From a virus (Duplodnaviria > Heunggongvirae > Uroviricota > Caudoviricetes): a stretch of 27,437 nt of DNA. Under the pieces are notes generated by a model. That model searched no databases, had not been told where the DNA came from, and was given only the letters and a program-made list of their open reading frames with translations. Location: the IMG/VR virus record IMGVR_UViG_2548876964_000024, positions 1 to 27,437 of that record, one strand, 5' to 3'. Each line of letters begins with the position of its first letter. Positions within the stretch are counted from its first letter, which is position 1. Both the position numbers and the translations under genes were made by a program. Positions 8,016 through 16,826 of the stretch are shown piece after piece.

Positions 8016-8900
8016 ATGCCGGAAGAAAATAAAGGCTTCCTTAGCGTTGAAGAAGTTGCAGGAAATACAGGAGAAATCCACAGCCTGAAACCCAATAACA
8101 ATAGCACTATACAACCCATCGCTTTGTTGCGCTTAGGTGTGTTTGTGCCAACCTTAAAATCTACCAATGTGGCACTACGTCGCGGATCGTCAGTTACTAC
8201 AAACACAACGAACGCAACCGAAGAACTATCAAGCCTCAAAATTGTTGAGCAGGAAGGCTATGAGGGAATTGAAATTCATGGTCCACGCCTGGATATGGAT
8301 ACTGATTTTAAGGTGTGGGTGGGCATAACCTCCGCGTTGTTTGACTACGCACCTGATGATGACGGCATAATCACCCTGCCATTCTCCGAGTTTGCCGATC
8401 GATGCGGCTATCCACGTAAGCGCCTTTCAAAGGCGTTCCGTAAAAGTATTGATGACTCTCTGACACGCATTCAGCAGACAGTTGTCAAATTCCGCTTCCC
8501 GGCGGCAAAAGGTCATCTCAATAACATTAACGTCAACTTGTTGGCATATAGCAGCCTGAATACCGAGCTTGATGTTATCGAGATCCAGCCGCAGAAACAG
8601 CTATCTGAACTTTACTATGTTGACTATAAGCGAATCCTGAAGCTGAAGATGCTGGATAAGCTCGGGCGCAAAGAGACGGCCAAGGTACTGTATACATTCT
8701 TTGAGGCTCTACCCGCCAACCCGGCACCTGTCAGCATTGAGCGCCTTAGAGCAAGGCTTAATCTCAAATCATCCGTTAGCGTGCAAAATAGCGTTATCAG
8801 AAAAGCCATGAAAGATTTGGAAGCTATTGAATATCTTAAATTTTCAGAGATAAAAAACGGCAGGAAAATCGGCTTCCAGATCCATAAGCGCAATCCATAA
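8016..8900 (+). CDS. repA: Iteron-binding plasmid replication initiator RepA (P1 RepA family), 294 aa
   Basis: Similarity to P1 RepA as recalled (IQPIALLRLGVFVP, GPRLDMDTDFKVW, YTFFEALPANP); flanked by iteron arrays; start at ATG 8016 with GGAGAAA SD. Confidence 0.8.
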   Translation: MPEENKGFLSVEEVAGNTGEIHSLKPNNNSTIQPIALLRLGVFVPTLKSTNVALRRGSSVTTNTTNATEELSSLKIVEQEGYEGIEIHGPRLDMDTDFKVWVGITSALFDYAPDDDGIITLPFSEFADRCGYPRKRLSKAFRKSIDDSLTRIQQTVVKFRFPAAKGHLNNINVNLLAYSSLNTELDVIEIQPQKQLSELYYVDYKRILKLKMLDKLGRKETAKVLYTFFEALPANPAPVSIERLRARLNLKSSVSVQNSVIRKAMKDLEAIEYLKFSEIKNGRKIGFQIHKRNP

Positions 8901-8902
8901 TA

Positions 8903-9159
8903 TTGACTATATGCGATAGCGAGAAGTTGACTATAGGCGACATTCGTTGACGCTGGTGGATTTTTGCTGGCGTCAATATTCTGCAAGTCGCTATTGAGAT
9001 GGCTTTTAGGGTCATTTCATCGCGTATAGTCAACGTTTCTCCCGACAATATCTTACATAGTCGATCTTTGGTGGAGTTAAATCGACTACAGTCAACTTTT
9101 GACTGTAGTCACATCGCGCATAGTCAACTATTCACATTAACTTTCGCGCATAGTCAACA
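8903..9159. repeat. Downstream iteron array (incA-like), same core as upstream iterons, mixed orientations
   Basis: TTGACTATATGCGA (8903), TTGACTATAGGCGA (8927), degenerate TTGACGCTGGTGGA (8946), inverted copies TCGCGTATAGTCAA (9020), CGACTACAGTCAA / TTGACTGTAGTCA palindromic pair (about 9084-9110), TCGCGCATAGTCAA (about 9114 and 9146). Confidence 0.7.
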
Positions 9160-9192
9160 TTTGCGCGGTTCTCATCAAGCAGTGGTATTGAT

Positions 9193-10002
9193 ATGCAAGA
9201 AGAGAAACAACACTACCTCTACGTTCTGGTGCCGGAGAATGGAGATACTTTTAAAATCGGCATTTCATGTGGTCCATTGGCACGGTTTAAAGGGCTACAA
9301 GTGAGTCCCGATTTTGCGCTTTCACGGGTCTATCGTGGTACGCGTTTGGCAATAGTTAATCTTGAGCGGGCTTTACACGCAACCTTTTTCCCCTGGAATG
9401 CGCCGTGGGAGAAAAGCGCCGGTGGCGGGCATACTGAATGGTTTACACGAGAGTGTCTTGATAAGGTTTTGGCTCATATCGAATATCTAAATGATATGTG
9501 GGGAGGGATTCTCGAGCGCATTAAGTCGAATGATTTACTTCAGCGTCCAGTAGATGCTGCTCGCTCTTTCGAAAAAGAGCTGGATGTTACTTCTATCGTG
9601 ACTTTCAAAGATGACGCAGGAATGAGGGACGTGGCTTATGTCTCCATATCTGGCTATGAACCGGACGCGATCCGCGCTCAATGTGAATTGCTGAAAGCAA
9701 TGTTTATGCTTCGGACTAAATATCCCTGGGAGACAAGGCGGGTGTGCTTCCCTATGGAAGAGTTAACCGCCACCATTGATTCCCAGCTTTACCACGATAA
9801 TCCAGAGAAGTTTTTTAGCCTTTTAGCCGGTAATGGGCTTAACTGTGTGTCCGGGCTGGGGCGAAGTAGAATCCAACATGCCTCGCTCTTCGGTCCCTTC
9901 TTTTACGATCGACACGGGTACTTTGAGGCTGAACTTCCGGCGCTTACGCGTGCTATAGATACTATCGATTTCGAACGATTATTCGCTGCTCTTAGCAAAT
10001 AA
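9193..10002 (+). CDS. Hypothetical protein with N-terminal T5orf172 / GIY-YIG-like motif (possibly upfA-like), 269 aa
   Basis: N-terminus HYLYVLVPENGDTFKIGIS...LARFKGL resembles the T5orf172/GIY-YIG-like fold; lies between repA iterons and the parA operator. Confidence 0.5.
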   Translation: MQEEKQHYLYVLVPENGDTFKIGISCGPLARFKGLQVSPDFALSRVYRGTRLAIVNLERALHATFFPWNAPWEKSAGGGHTEWFTRECLDKVLAHIEYLNDMWGGILERIKSNDLLQRPVDAARSFEKELDVTSIVTFKDDAGMRDVAYVSISGYEPDAIRAQCELLKAMFMLRTKYPWETRRVCFPMEELTATIDSQLYHDNPEKFFSLLAGNGLNCVSGLGRSRIQHASLFGPFFYDRHGYFEAELPALTRAIDTIDFERLFAALSK

Positions 10003-10009
10003 CACTGAT

Positions 10010-10030
10010 GCCCCTGAACGGGGCTTTTTT
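10010..10030 (+). terminator. Rho-independent terminator
   Basis: GCCCC-TGAAC-GGGGC followed by TTTTTT. Confidence 0.75.
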
Positions 10031-10116
10031 GTGCCCTCCTTGTAACTCTCAATCGTGCAAAATGAACCAAACATGCAGAGAATGCTATGTACAAGCATCT
10101 GTGCATACATTATTAT

Positions 10117-10158
10117 TTTATGCAGCATTTTTAATTAAATTCAAAAATACAGCATAAA
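10117..10158. promoter_or_regulatory. parAB promoter/operator (imperfect palindrome, ParA autoregulation site)
   Basis: TTTATGCAGCATTTTT ... AAAAATACAGCATAAA imperfect inverted repeat (14/16) immediately upstream of the parA RBS. Confidence 0.55.
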
Positions 10159-10170
10159 GGATGGCTTTCG

Positions 10171-11367
10171 ATGAGTGATTCCAGCCAGCTTCACAAGGTT
10201 GCTCAAAGAGCAAACAGAATGCTCAATGTTCTGACTGAACAAGTACAGTTGCAAAAGGATGAGCTACACGCGAACGAGTTTTACCAGGTCTATGCGAAAG
10301 CGGCACTGGCAAAATTGCCTCTACTGACTCGAGCGAACGTTGACTATGCCGTAAGTGAAATGGAAGAAAAGGGTTATGTTTTCGATAAACGCCCTGCTGG
10401 CTCTTCAATGAAATATGCGATGTCAATTCAGAACATCATTGACATATATGAACATCGCGGAGTGCCAAAATACCGGGATCGCTACAGCGAAGCGTATGTG
10501 ATTTTCATCTCCAATCTTAAAGGCGGTGTGTCAAAAACTGTATCGACGGTTTCTCTGGCGCATGCAATGCGTGCCCACCCTCATCTTCTGATGGAAGATT
10601 TAAGGATTCTGGTTATTGACCTTGATCCGCAATCTTCAGCAACTATGTTTTTAAGCCATAAACACTCTATTGGTATCGTAAACGCAACATCTGCACAGGC
10701 TATGTTGCAGAATGTAAGCCGTGAAGAGCTGTTAGAGGAGTTTATTGTTCCTTCTGTTGTACCTGGGGTTGACGTTATGCCTGCGTCGATTGACGATGCC
10801 TTTATTGCATCCGATTGGAGAGAGCTGTGCAATGAGCATCTACCGGGTCAGAACATCCATGCTGTCCTGAAAGAAAATGTGATTGATAAGCTGAAGAGCG
10901 ATTATGATTTTATCCTCGTTGATAGTGGTCCTCACCTTGACGCCTTCCTGAAAAATGCTTTGGCCTCGGCCAATATACTGTTTACACCTCTGCCGCCAGC
11001 AACTGTCGATTTCCACTCATCGCTTAAATACGTTGCCCGCCTTCCTGAGTTGGTGAAACTCATTTCGGATGAAGGCTGCGAGTGCCAGCTTGCGACTAAC
11101 ATTGGTTTTATGTCCAAGTTGAGTAACAAGGCAGATCATAAGTATTGCCATAGCCTGGCTAAAGAAGTGTTCGGTGGGGATATGCTCGATGTCGTCCTCC
11201 CTCGCCTTGACGGTTTTGAACGTTGCGGCGAGTCTTTTGACACTGTTATTTCAGCTAACCCGGCAACGTATGTTGGTAGTGCTGATGCATTGAAGAACGC
11301 GCGAATTGCCGCGGAAGATTTTGCTAAAGCAGTTTTTGACCGTATTGAATTTATCAGATCTAACTGA
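10171..11367 (+). CDS. parA: Partition ATPase ParA (P1 type Ia, with N-terminal DNA-binding extension), 398 aa
   Basis: Deviant Walker A KGGVSKT, Walker B/A' motifs (ILVIDLDPQ, FILVDSGPH), extended N-terminal domain; length and sequence match P1 ParA as recalled. Confidence 0.9.
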   Translation: MSDSSQLHKVAQRANRMLNVLTEQVQLQKDELHANEFYQVYAKAALAKLPLLTRANVDYAVSEMEEKGYVFDKRPAGSSMKYAMSIQNIIDIYEHRGVPKYRDRYSEAYVIFISNLKGGVSKTVSTVSLAHAMRAHPHLLMEDLRILVIDLDPQSSATMFLSHKHSIGIVNATSAQAMLQNVSREELLEEFIVPSVVPGVDVMPASIDDAFIASDWRELCNEHLPGQNIHAVLKENVIDKLKSDYDFILVDSGPHLDAFLKNALASANILFTPLPPATVDFHSSLKYVARLPELVKLISDEGCECQLATNIGFMSKLSNKADHKYCHSLAKEVFGGDMLDVVLPRLDGFERCGESFDTVISANPATYVGSADALKNARIAAEDFAKAVFDRIEFIRSN

Positions 11368-11383
11368 GGAGTAAGAAACCCCC

Positions 11384-12385
11384 ATGTCAAAGAAAAACAG
11401 ACCAACAATTGGGCGAACCCTTAATCCTTCAATATTAAGCGGATTTGATAGTTCTTCAGCCTCTGGCGATCGAGTCGAGCAGGTATTCAAGTTATCAACT
11501 GGTCGCCAGGCCACATTTATTGAAGAGGTAATACCTCCGAACCAGGTAGAAAGCGATACCTTTGTTGATCAGCATAACAACGGGCGTGACCAGGCATCTC
11601 TTACGCCAAAATCATTAAAAAGTATCCGAAGCACTATTAAGCATCAGCAATTTTACCCTGCAATAGGTGTTAGACGGGCTACAGGGAAAATTGAAATTTT
11701 GGATGGTTCCCGGCGTCGAGCTTCTGCCATCTTAGAGAACGTAGGGTTGCGGGTTTTAGTCACGGACCAGGAGATCAGCGTTCAGGAAGCGCAAAATTTA
11801 GCGAAAGACGTTCAGACAGCATTGCAGCACAGCATTCGAGAAATAGGTCTGCGTTTGATGCGAATGAAAAATGATGGGATGAGTCAGAAGGATATTGCAG
11901 CCAAAGAAGGGCTGTCTCAGGCGAAGGTCACGCGTGCTCTCCAGGCAGCGAGTGCTCCGGAAGAATTAGTCGCCCTTTTCCCTGTGCAGTCGGAATTAAC
12001 CTTTTCGGACTACAAAACGCTTTGTGCTGTTGGCGACGAAATGGGGAACAAGAATTTAGAGTTTGATCAGCTTATTCAAAACATATCCCCGGAAATAAAC
12101 GACATCTTATCCATTGAAGAAATGGCCGAAGATGAAGTTAAAAATAAAATCCTGCGCTTGATAACAAAGGAAGCCTCACTACTCACGGATAAAGGTTCTA
12201 AAGATAAGTCCGTAGTTACTGAATTATGGAAATTTGAGGACAAGGATCGCTTTGCAAGGAAGCGCGTGAAAGGCCGTGCATTTTCTTATGAGTTTAATCG
12301 ACTTTCAAAAGAGCTACAGGAAGAACTCGACAGGATGATTGGGCATATCCTTAGAAAGAGCCTCGATAAAAAGCCGAAGCCTTAA
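11384..12385 (+). CDS. parB: Partition protein ParB (P1 type), 333 aa
   Basis: ParB-fold motif GSRRRAS, HTH region, C-terminal RKSLDKKPKP; immediately followed by parS boxes. Confidence 0.9.
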   Translation: MSKKNRPTIGRTLNPSILSGFDSSSASGDRVEQVFKLSTGRQATFIEEVIPPNQVESDTFVDQHNNGRDQASLTPKSLKSIRSTIKHQQFYPAIGVRRATGKIEILDGSRRRASAILENVGLRVLVTDQEISVQEAQNLAKDVQTALQHSIREIGLRLMRMKNDGMSQKDIAAKEGLSQAKVTRALQAASAPEELVALFPVQSELTFSDYKTLCAVGDEMGNKNLEFDQLIQNISPEINDILSIEEMAEDEVKNKILRLITKEASLLTDKGSKDKSVVTELWKFEDKDRFARKRVKGRAFSYEFNRLSKELQEELDRMIGHILRKSLDKKPKP

Positions 12386-12388
12386 ACT

Positions 12389-12480
12389 TTCGCCATTCAA
12401 ATTTCACTATTAACCTACTGTTTTTAAAGTAAATCCATCTAAAATTTCAAGGTGAAATCGCCACGATTTCACCTTGGATT
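12389..12480. promoter_or_regulatory. parS: parS centromere (P1 type: heptamer Box A ATTTCAC and hexamer Box B TCGCCA flanking a central AT-rich IHF-type region)
   Basis: TCGCCA at 12390-12395, ATTTCAC at 12401-12407, inverted arrangement GGTGAAATCGCCACGATTTCACC at 12451-12473. Confidence 0.8.
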
Positions 12481-12529
12481 TTACCTTCCTCCCCTACTCC
12501 CGAAAAAATAAAAAAATTGCTTGTCACGA

Positions 12530-12559
12530 GAAAGTCAACAAGTGACTTTCAATAAAATC
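12530..12559 (+). promoter_or_regulatory. Candidate late promoter: inverted repeat GAAAGTCA-N5-TGACTTTC followed by TAAAAT -10-like element
   Basis: 8-bp-arm inverted repeat at 12530-12550, TAAAAT at 12554-12559, about 50 nt upstream of the capsid gene; P1 late promoters are described as an inverted repeat plus -10 (recollection). Confidence 0.3.
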
Positions 12560-12609
12560 TCTTCCGAAAAGGGATTCACACAAGTGCCTTGTGTTTAAGG
12601 AAGAGTAAA

Positions 12610-14316
12610 TTGAGTAACTTACGCGAATACCAGAATCGTATTGCAGATATCGCAAAACGCTCTAAAGCTGTGCTTGGCTGGGCAAGCACTGCGCAGTTCG
12701 GTACTGATAACCAATTCATTAAAGATGATGCCGCGCGTGCCGCATCTATCCTTGAAGCTGCACGTAAAGACCCGGTTTTTGCGGGTATCTCTGATAATGC
12801 CACCGCTCAAATCGCTACAGCGTGGGCAAGTGCACTGGCTGACTACGCCGCAGCACATAAATCTATGCCGCGTCCGGAAATTCTGGCCTCCTGCCACCAG
12901 ACGCTGGAAAACTGCCTGATTGAGTCCACCCGCAATAGCATGGATGCCACTAATAAAGCGATGCTGGAATCCGTCGCAGCAGAGATGATGAGCGTTTCTG
13001 ACGGTGTTATGCGTCTGCCTTTATTCCTCGCGATGATCCTGCCTGTTCAGTTGGGGGCAGCTACCGCTGATGCGTGTACCTTCATTCCGGTTACGCGTGA
13101 CCAGTCCGACATCTATGAAGTCTTTAACGTGGCAGGTTCCTCTTTTGGTTCTTATGCTGCTGGTGATGTTCTGGACATGCAATCCGTTGGTGTGTACAGC
13201 CAGTTACGTCGCCGCTATGTGCTGGTGGCAAGCTCCGATGGCACCAGCAAAACCGCAACCTTCAAGATGGAAGACTTCGAAGGCCAGAATGTACCAATCC
13301 GAAAAGGTCGCACTAACATCTACGTTAACCGTATTAAGTCTGTTGTTGATAACGGTTCCGGCAGCCTACTTCACTCGTTTACTAATGCTGCTGGTGAGCA
13401 AATCACTGTTACCTGCTCTCTGAACTACAACATTGGTCAGATTGCCCTGTCGTTCTCCAAAGCGCCGGATAAAGGCACTGAGATCGCAATTGAGACGGAA
13501 ATCAATATTGAAGCCGCTCCTGAGCTGATCCCGCTGATCAACCACGAAATGAAGAAATACACCCTGTTCCCAAGCCAGTTCGTTATCGCGGCTGAGCACA
13601 CGGTACAGGCGGCGTATGAAGCACAGCGTGAATTTGGTCTGGACCTGGGTTCCCTACAGTTCCGCACCCTGAAGGAATACCTGTCTCATGAACAGGATAT
13701 GCTGCGTCTTCGCATCATGATCTGGCGTACTCTTGCGACCGACACCTTTGACATCGCTCTGCCGGTTAACCAGTCCTTTAATGTATGGGCAACCATCATT
13801 CGTGGCAAATTCCAGACTGTATATCGCGACATTATTGAGCGCGTTAAATCTTCTGGTGCGATGGGGATGTTTGCTGGTGCTGATGCAGCATCTTTCTTCA
13901 AACAGTTGCCGAAGGATTTCTTCCAGCCAGCCGAAGACTATATCCAGACTCCGTATGTTCACTACATCGGTACCCTGTTCGGTAACGTGAAAGTGTACGA
14001 AGTACCTGCTGGTATTTGTAAGAACTTAACGACAGAGAACATTCAGTTCAGCTCGATGGATGTGCTGTGCTACGTCCGTGATGAAAATCCGGGTAAAGCA
14101 GGCTTCGTGACTGGTGATGCTGTCCCGGCTATCCCGTTCCAGCATCCGACCACTCCGGCGCTGGTCAACCGTACCACACTGTGGGGTTCGGCTATCAACG
14201 ATATGCACCCACGCAACGGCGCTGATTACTTCACTCGTGTAACGCTGACAATGGCCAAAAAAGGCGGGCTTAACTTCATAAGCGGCGACACGATTGATGC
14301 CGGTGACTCTGAGTAA
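12610..14316 (+). CDS. Major capsid protein precursor (P1 gp23-like), about 568 aa from TTG start (ORF extends to 12589)
   Basis: Largest late ORF next to parS, as in P1 where gene 23 flanks par; SD AAGGAAG 6 nt before TTG 12610. Size fits a roughly 62-kDa precursor. Confidence 0.55.
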   Translation: MSNLREYQNRIADIAKRSKAVLGWASTAQFGTDNQFIKDDAARAASILEAARKDPVFAGISDNATAQIATAWASALADYAAAHKSMPRPEILASCHQTLENCLIESTRNSMDATNKAMLESVAAEMMSVSDGVMRLPLFLAMILPVQLGAATADACTFIPVTRDQSDIYEVFNVAGSSFGSYAAGDVLDMQSVGVYSQLRRRYVLVASSDGTSKTATFKMEDFEGQNVPIRKGRTNIYVNRIKSVVDNGSGSLLHSFTNAAGEQITVTCSLNYNIGQIALSFSKAPDKGTEIAIETEINIEAAPELIPLINHEMKKYTLFPSQFVIAAEHTVQAAYEAQREFGLDLGSLQFRTLKEYLSHEQDMLRLRIMIWRTLATDTFDIALPVNQSFNVWATIIRGKFQTVYRDIIERVKSSGAMGMFAGADAASFFKQLPKDFFQPAEDYIQTPYVHYIGTLFGNVKVYEVPAGICKNLTTENIQFSSMDVLCYVRDENPGKAGFVTGDAVPAIPFQHPTTPALVNRTTLWGSAINDMHPRNGADYFTRVTLTMAKKGGLNFISGDTIDAGDSE

Positions 14317-14376
14317 TCAGGGGAAGTTCTCCGTTTAACATAGCGCCCCCGTGCGGGGCGCATAACAGGGAAAGTT

Positions 14377-15966
14377 ATGTCTCAATATTCAATTCAACAG
14401 TCATTAGGTAATGCATCCGGCGTCGCGGTTAGCCCGATCAATGCCGATGCGACGTTATCTACCGGTGTTGCATTAAATAGCAGCTTGTGGGCTGGTATTG
14501 GCGTATTTGCGCGTGGCAAGCCGTTTACTGTTCTTGCGGTTACTGAGTCCAATTACAAAGATGTTCTCGGCGAACCGCTGAAGCCGTCTTCCGGCTCACA
14601 GTTCGAACCAATTCGCCATGTATACGAAGCTATTCAGCAAACGTCAGGTTATGTTGTTCGTGCTGTTCCGGATGATGCGAAGTTCCCGATTATTATGTTC
14701 GATGAATCAGGCGAACCGGCTTACAGTGCGTTGCCATACGGTTCTGAAATTGAACTTGATAGTGGCGAAGCCTTTGCTATCTACGTTGATGATGGTGATC
14801 CGTGTATTTCACCTACCCGTGAGTTAACCATCGAAACGGCAACAGCGGACAGCGCGGGTAATGAACGCTTCCTCTTAAAACTGACCCAGACGACTTCGCT
14901 CGGTGTGGTAACGATCCTGGAGACACACACTGTGTCTTTGGCGGAAGAAGCGAAAGATGACATGGGCCGCTTGTGTTATCTGCCTACGGCTCTGGAAGCC
15001 CGTTCTAAATATCTGCGCGCGGTTGTTAATGAAGAGCTGATTTCGACGGCGAAAGTAACAAATAAAAAATCGCTGGCGTTCACTGGTGGTACCAACGGTG
15101 ATCAGTCGAAAATCTCAACCGCTGCGTACCTGCGTGCGGTTAAGGTGCTGAACAATGCGCCGTACATGTACACCGCTGTTCTCGGCCTGGGTTGCTATGA
15201 CAATGCGGCGATCACCGCGTTAGGTAATATCTGTTCTGATCGCCTGATTGATGGCTTCTTTGATGTCAAACCGACATTGACGTATACGGAAGCGCTCTCT
15301 GCTGTTGAAGATACCGGTTTACTTGGTACCGATTATGTAAGCTGTGCTGTCTATCACTTCCCGTTCTCCTGCAAAGACAAATGGACCCAATCCCGTGTGG
15401 TCTTCGGTCTGTCTGGCGCGGCGTATGCGGCGAAAGCTCGTGGCGTCAAGAAAAACTCTGATGTCGGCGGTTGGCATTACTCACCGGCTGGTGAAGAACG
15501 TGCCGTCATTGCTCGTGCGTCAATTCAACCGCTGTATCCGGAAGATACCCCGGACGAAGAAGCAATGGTCAAGGGCCGTCTCAATAAAGTATCTGTGGGC
15601 ACCTCTGGCCAGATGATCATCGACGATGCTTTAACTTGCTGCACGCAGGATAACTATCTGCACTTCCAGCACGTCCCATCCCTGATGAATGCAATCAGCC
15701 GTTTCTTTGTCCAGTTAGCCCGACAGATGAAGCATAGCCCGGACGGTATTACTGCGGCTGGCCTGACTAAAGGGATGACCAAACTTTTAGATCGCTTTGT
15801 CGCCTCCGGCGCTCTGGTGGCTCCTCGTGATCCTGATGCTGACGGTACAGAACCGTATGTGCTGAAAGTTACGCAGGCGGAATTCGATAAATGGGAAGTA
15901 GTCTGGGCCTGCTGCCCGACTGGCGTAGCCCGTCGTATCCAGGGCGTACCGCTGCTTATTAAGTAA
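14377..15966 (+). CDS. Virion structural protein, possibly contractile tail sheath (P1 gp22-like), 529 aa
   Basis: Second large late ORF after the capsid gene; assignment by synteny with P1 (23-22-21) only; no motif confirmation possible. Confidence 0.4.
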   Translation: MSQYSIQQSLGNASGVAVSPINADATLSTGVALNSSLWAGIGVFARGKPFTVLAVTESNYKDVLGEPLKPSSGSQFEPIRHVYEAIQQTSGYVVRAVPDDAKFPIIMFDESGEPAYSALPYGSEIELDSGEAFAIYVDDGDPCISPTRELTIETATADSAGNERFLLKLTQTTSLGVVTILETHTVSLAEEAKDDMGRLCYLPTALEARSKYLRAVVNEELISTAKVTNKKSLAFTGGTNGDQSKISTAAYLRAVKVLNNAPYMYTAVLGLGCYDNAAITALGNICSDRLIDGFFDVKPTLTYTEALSAVEDTGLLGTDYVSCAVYHFPFSCKDKWTQSRVVFGLSGAAYAAKARGVKKNSDVGGWHYSPAGEERAVIARASIQPLYPEDTPDEEAMVKGRLNKVSVGTSGQMIIDDALTCCTQDNYLHFQHVPSLMNAISRFFVQLARQMKHSPDGITAAGLTKGMTKLLDRFVASGALVAPRDPDADGTEPYVLKVTQAEFDKWEVVWACCPTGVARRIQGVPLLIK

Positions 15967-15975
15967 GGGAATACA

Positions 15976-16791
15976 ATGAGCAAAAACTTTTTTCAATCCG
16001 GGGCATTTTTGGGGAATGGACTGTCTCGTTTCGCTTTGAACTCTGATCCTGTGCAGCTGATGGAGTCTGCCCGAGCAAGCGCCGAACCGCCAACAGATCC
16101 GGTTATTAATAATAATCCGGAACCGGCGGCACAGACTAACGATAACGTTCCATCTGCCCAGGCTCCTGAGCAAATCCTGGAAGGGAAAGACGGTAAAGAA
16201 TGGACCGTCGAACAGGCGCACCAGATGATTCTGGAAGCTGCAAATCGAAGTGCTATGCAGAATGCGTTGAGTGATGCGGCCGACGCCGTTTTCGCCTGGG
16301 CTGATAGCGGTGATCTGACTTTCGACTCCCTTGATGGTTTCGTTCAGGCTATCGCTGGTATCTCTGATGACGACGACTCCGAAGTTACAGAAGAACAGGA
16401 CGATGCCTATAACGAAGCATGGGCAAATGTTGCTGACTTCCTCGCAGCATGCGGTGTAGATGATGACCTGATCGAAGCACTGGCTGACGATGAAGACGAC
16501 GACGCAGCTGCTGATGTTGGTGCCTCTATCGCTGGTTTAGATAGCGACGACCGTGACGAACTGGAAGCGGCGTTTGTTGTTGCTGGCACTTCTGATGAAA
16601 TGCTGACTGAAGCATTTAAGAAGGTTGTTCGTAACGGTGAGATCAAACTCATCCGTAAACGCCTGCGTAAAAAACGTCTGACTGCGGCTCAAAAATCGGC
16701 GCTGAAAAAAGCGCGTCGAAAAGCCCAGACGGGTGCGGCAAAACTTGCCCGCAAAAAGTCAATGAAACTGCGCCGTAAGCGCCTTGGCTAA
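15976..16791 (+). CDS. Hypothetical virion-associated protein with highly acidic core and strongly basic C-terminal tail, 271 aa
   Basis: D/E-rich centre (LADDEDDDAAADVG, LDSDDRDELEAAF) and K/R-rich C-terminus (IRKRLRKKRLTAAQKSALKKARRKAQTGAAKLARKKSMKLRRKRLG). Confidence 0.5.
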   Translation: MSKNFFQSGAFLGNGLSRFALNSDPVQLMESARASAEPPTDPVINNNPEPAAQTNDNVPSAQAPEQILEGKDGKEWTVEQAHQMILEAANRSAMQNALSDAADAVFAWADSGDLTFDSLDGFVQAIAGISDDDDSEVTEEQDDAYNEAWANVADFLAACGVDDDLIEALADDEDDDAAADVGASIAGLDSDDRDELEAAFVVAGTSDEMLTEAFKKVVRNGEIKLIRKRLRKKRLTAAQKSALKKARRKAQTGAAKLARKKSMKLRRKRLG

Positions 16792-16826
16792 AGGAGGAGG
16801 CCGGAGAACTCCGGCCTTTAACTTGA

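Noticed and set aside
7837-9159. Iteron arrays considered as a CRISPR array
   Set aside because: Repeats are about 14-19 bp with irregular orientation and no uniform spacers, flank an initiator gene and sit with a DnaA box and GATC repeats: plasmid iterons, not CRISPR.
16407-16652. Minus-strand Ser/Ala-rich 81-aa ORF
   Set aside because: Antisense reading of the GAT/GAC/GAA-rich acidic segment of the 15976-16791 gene; compositional artefact.
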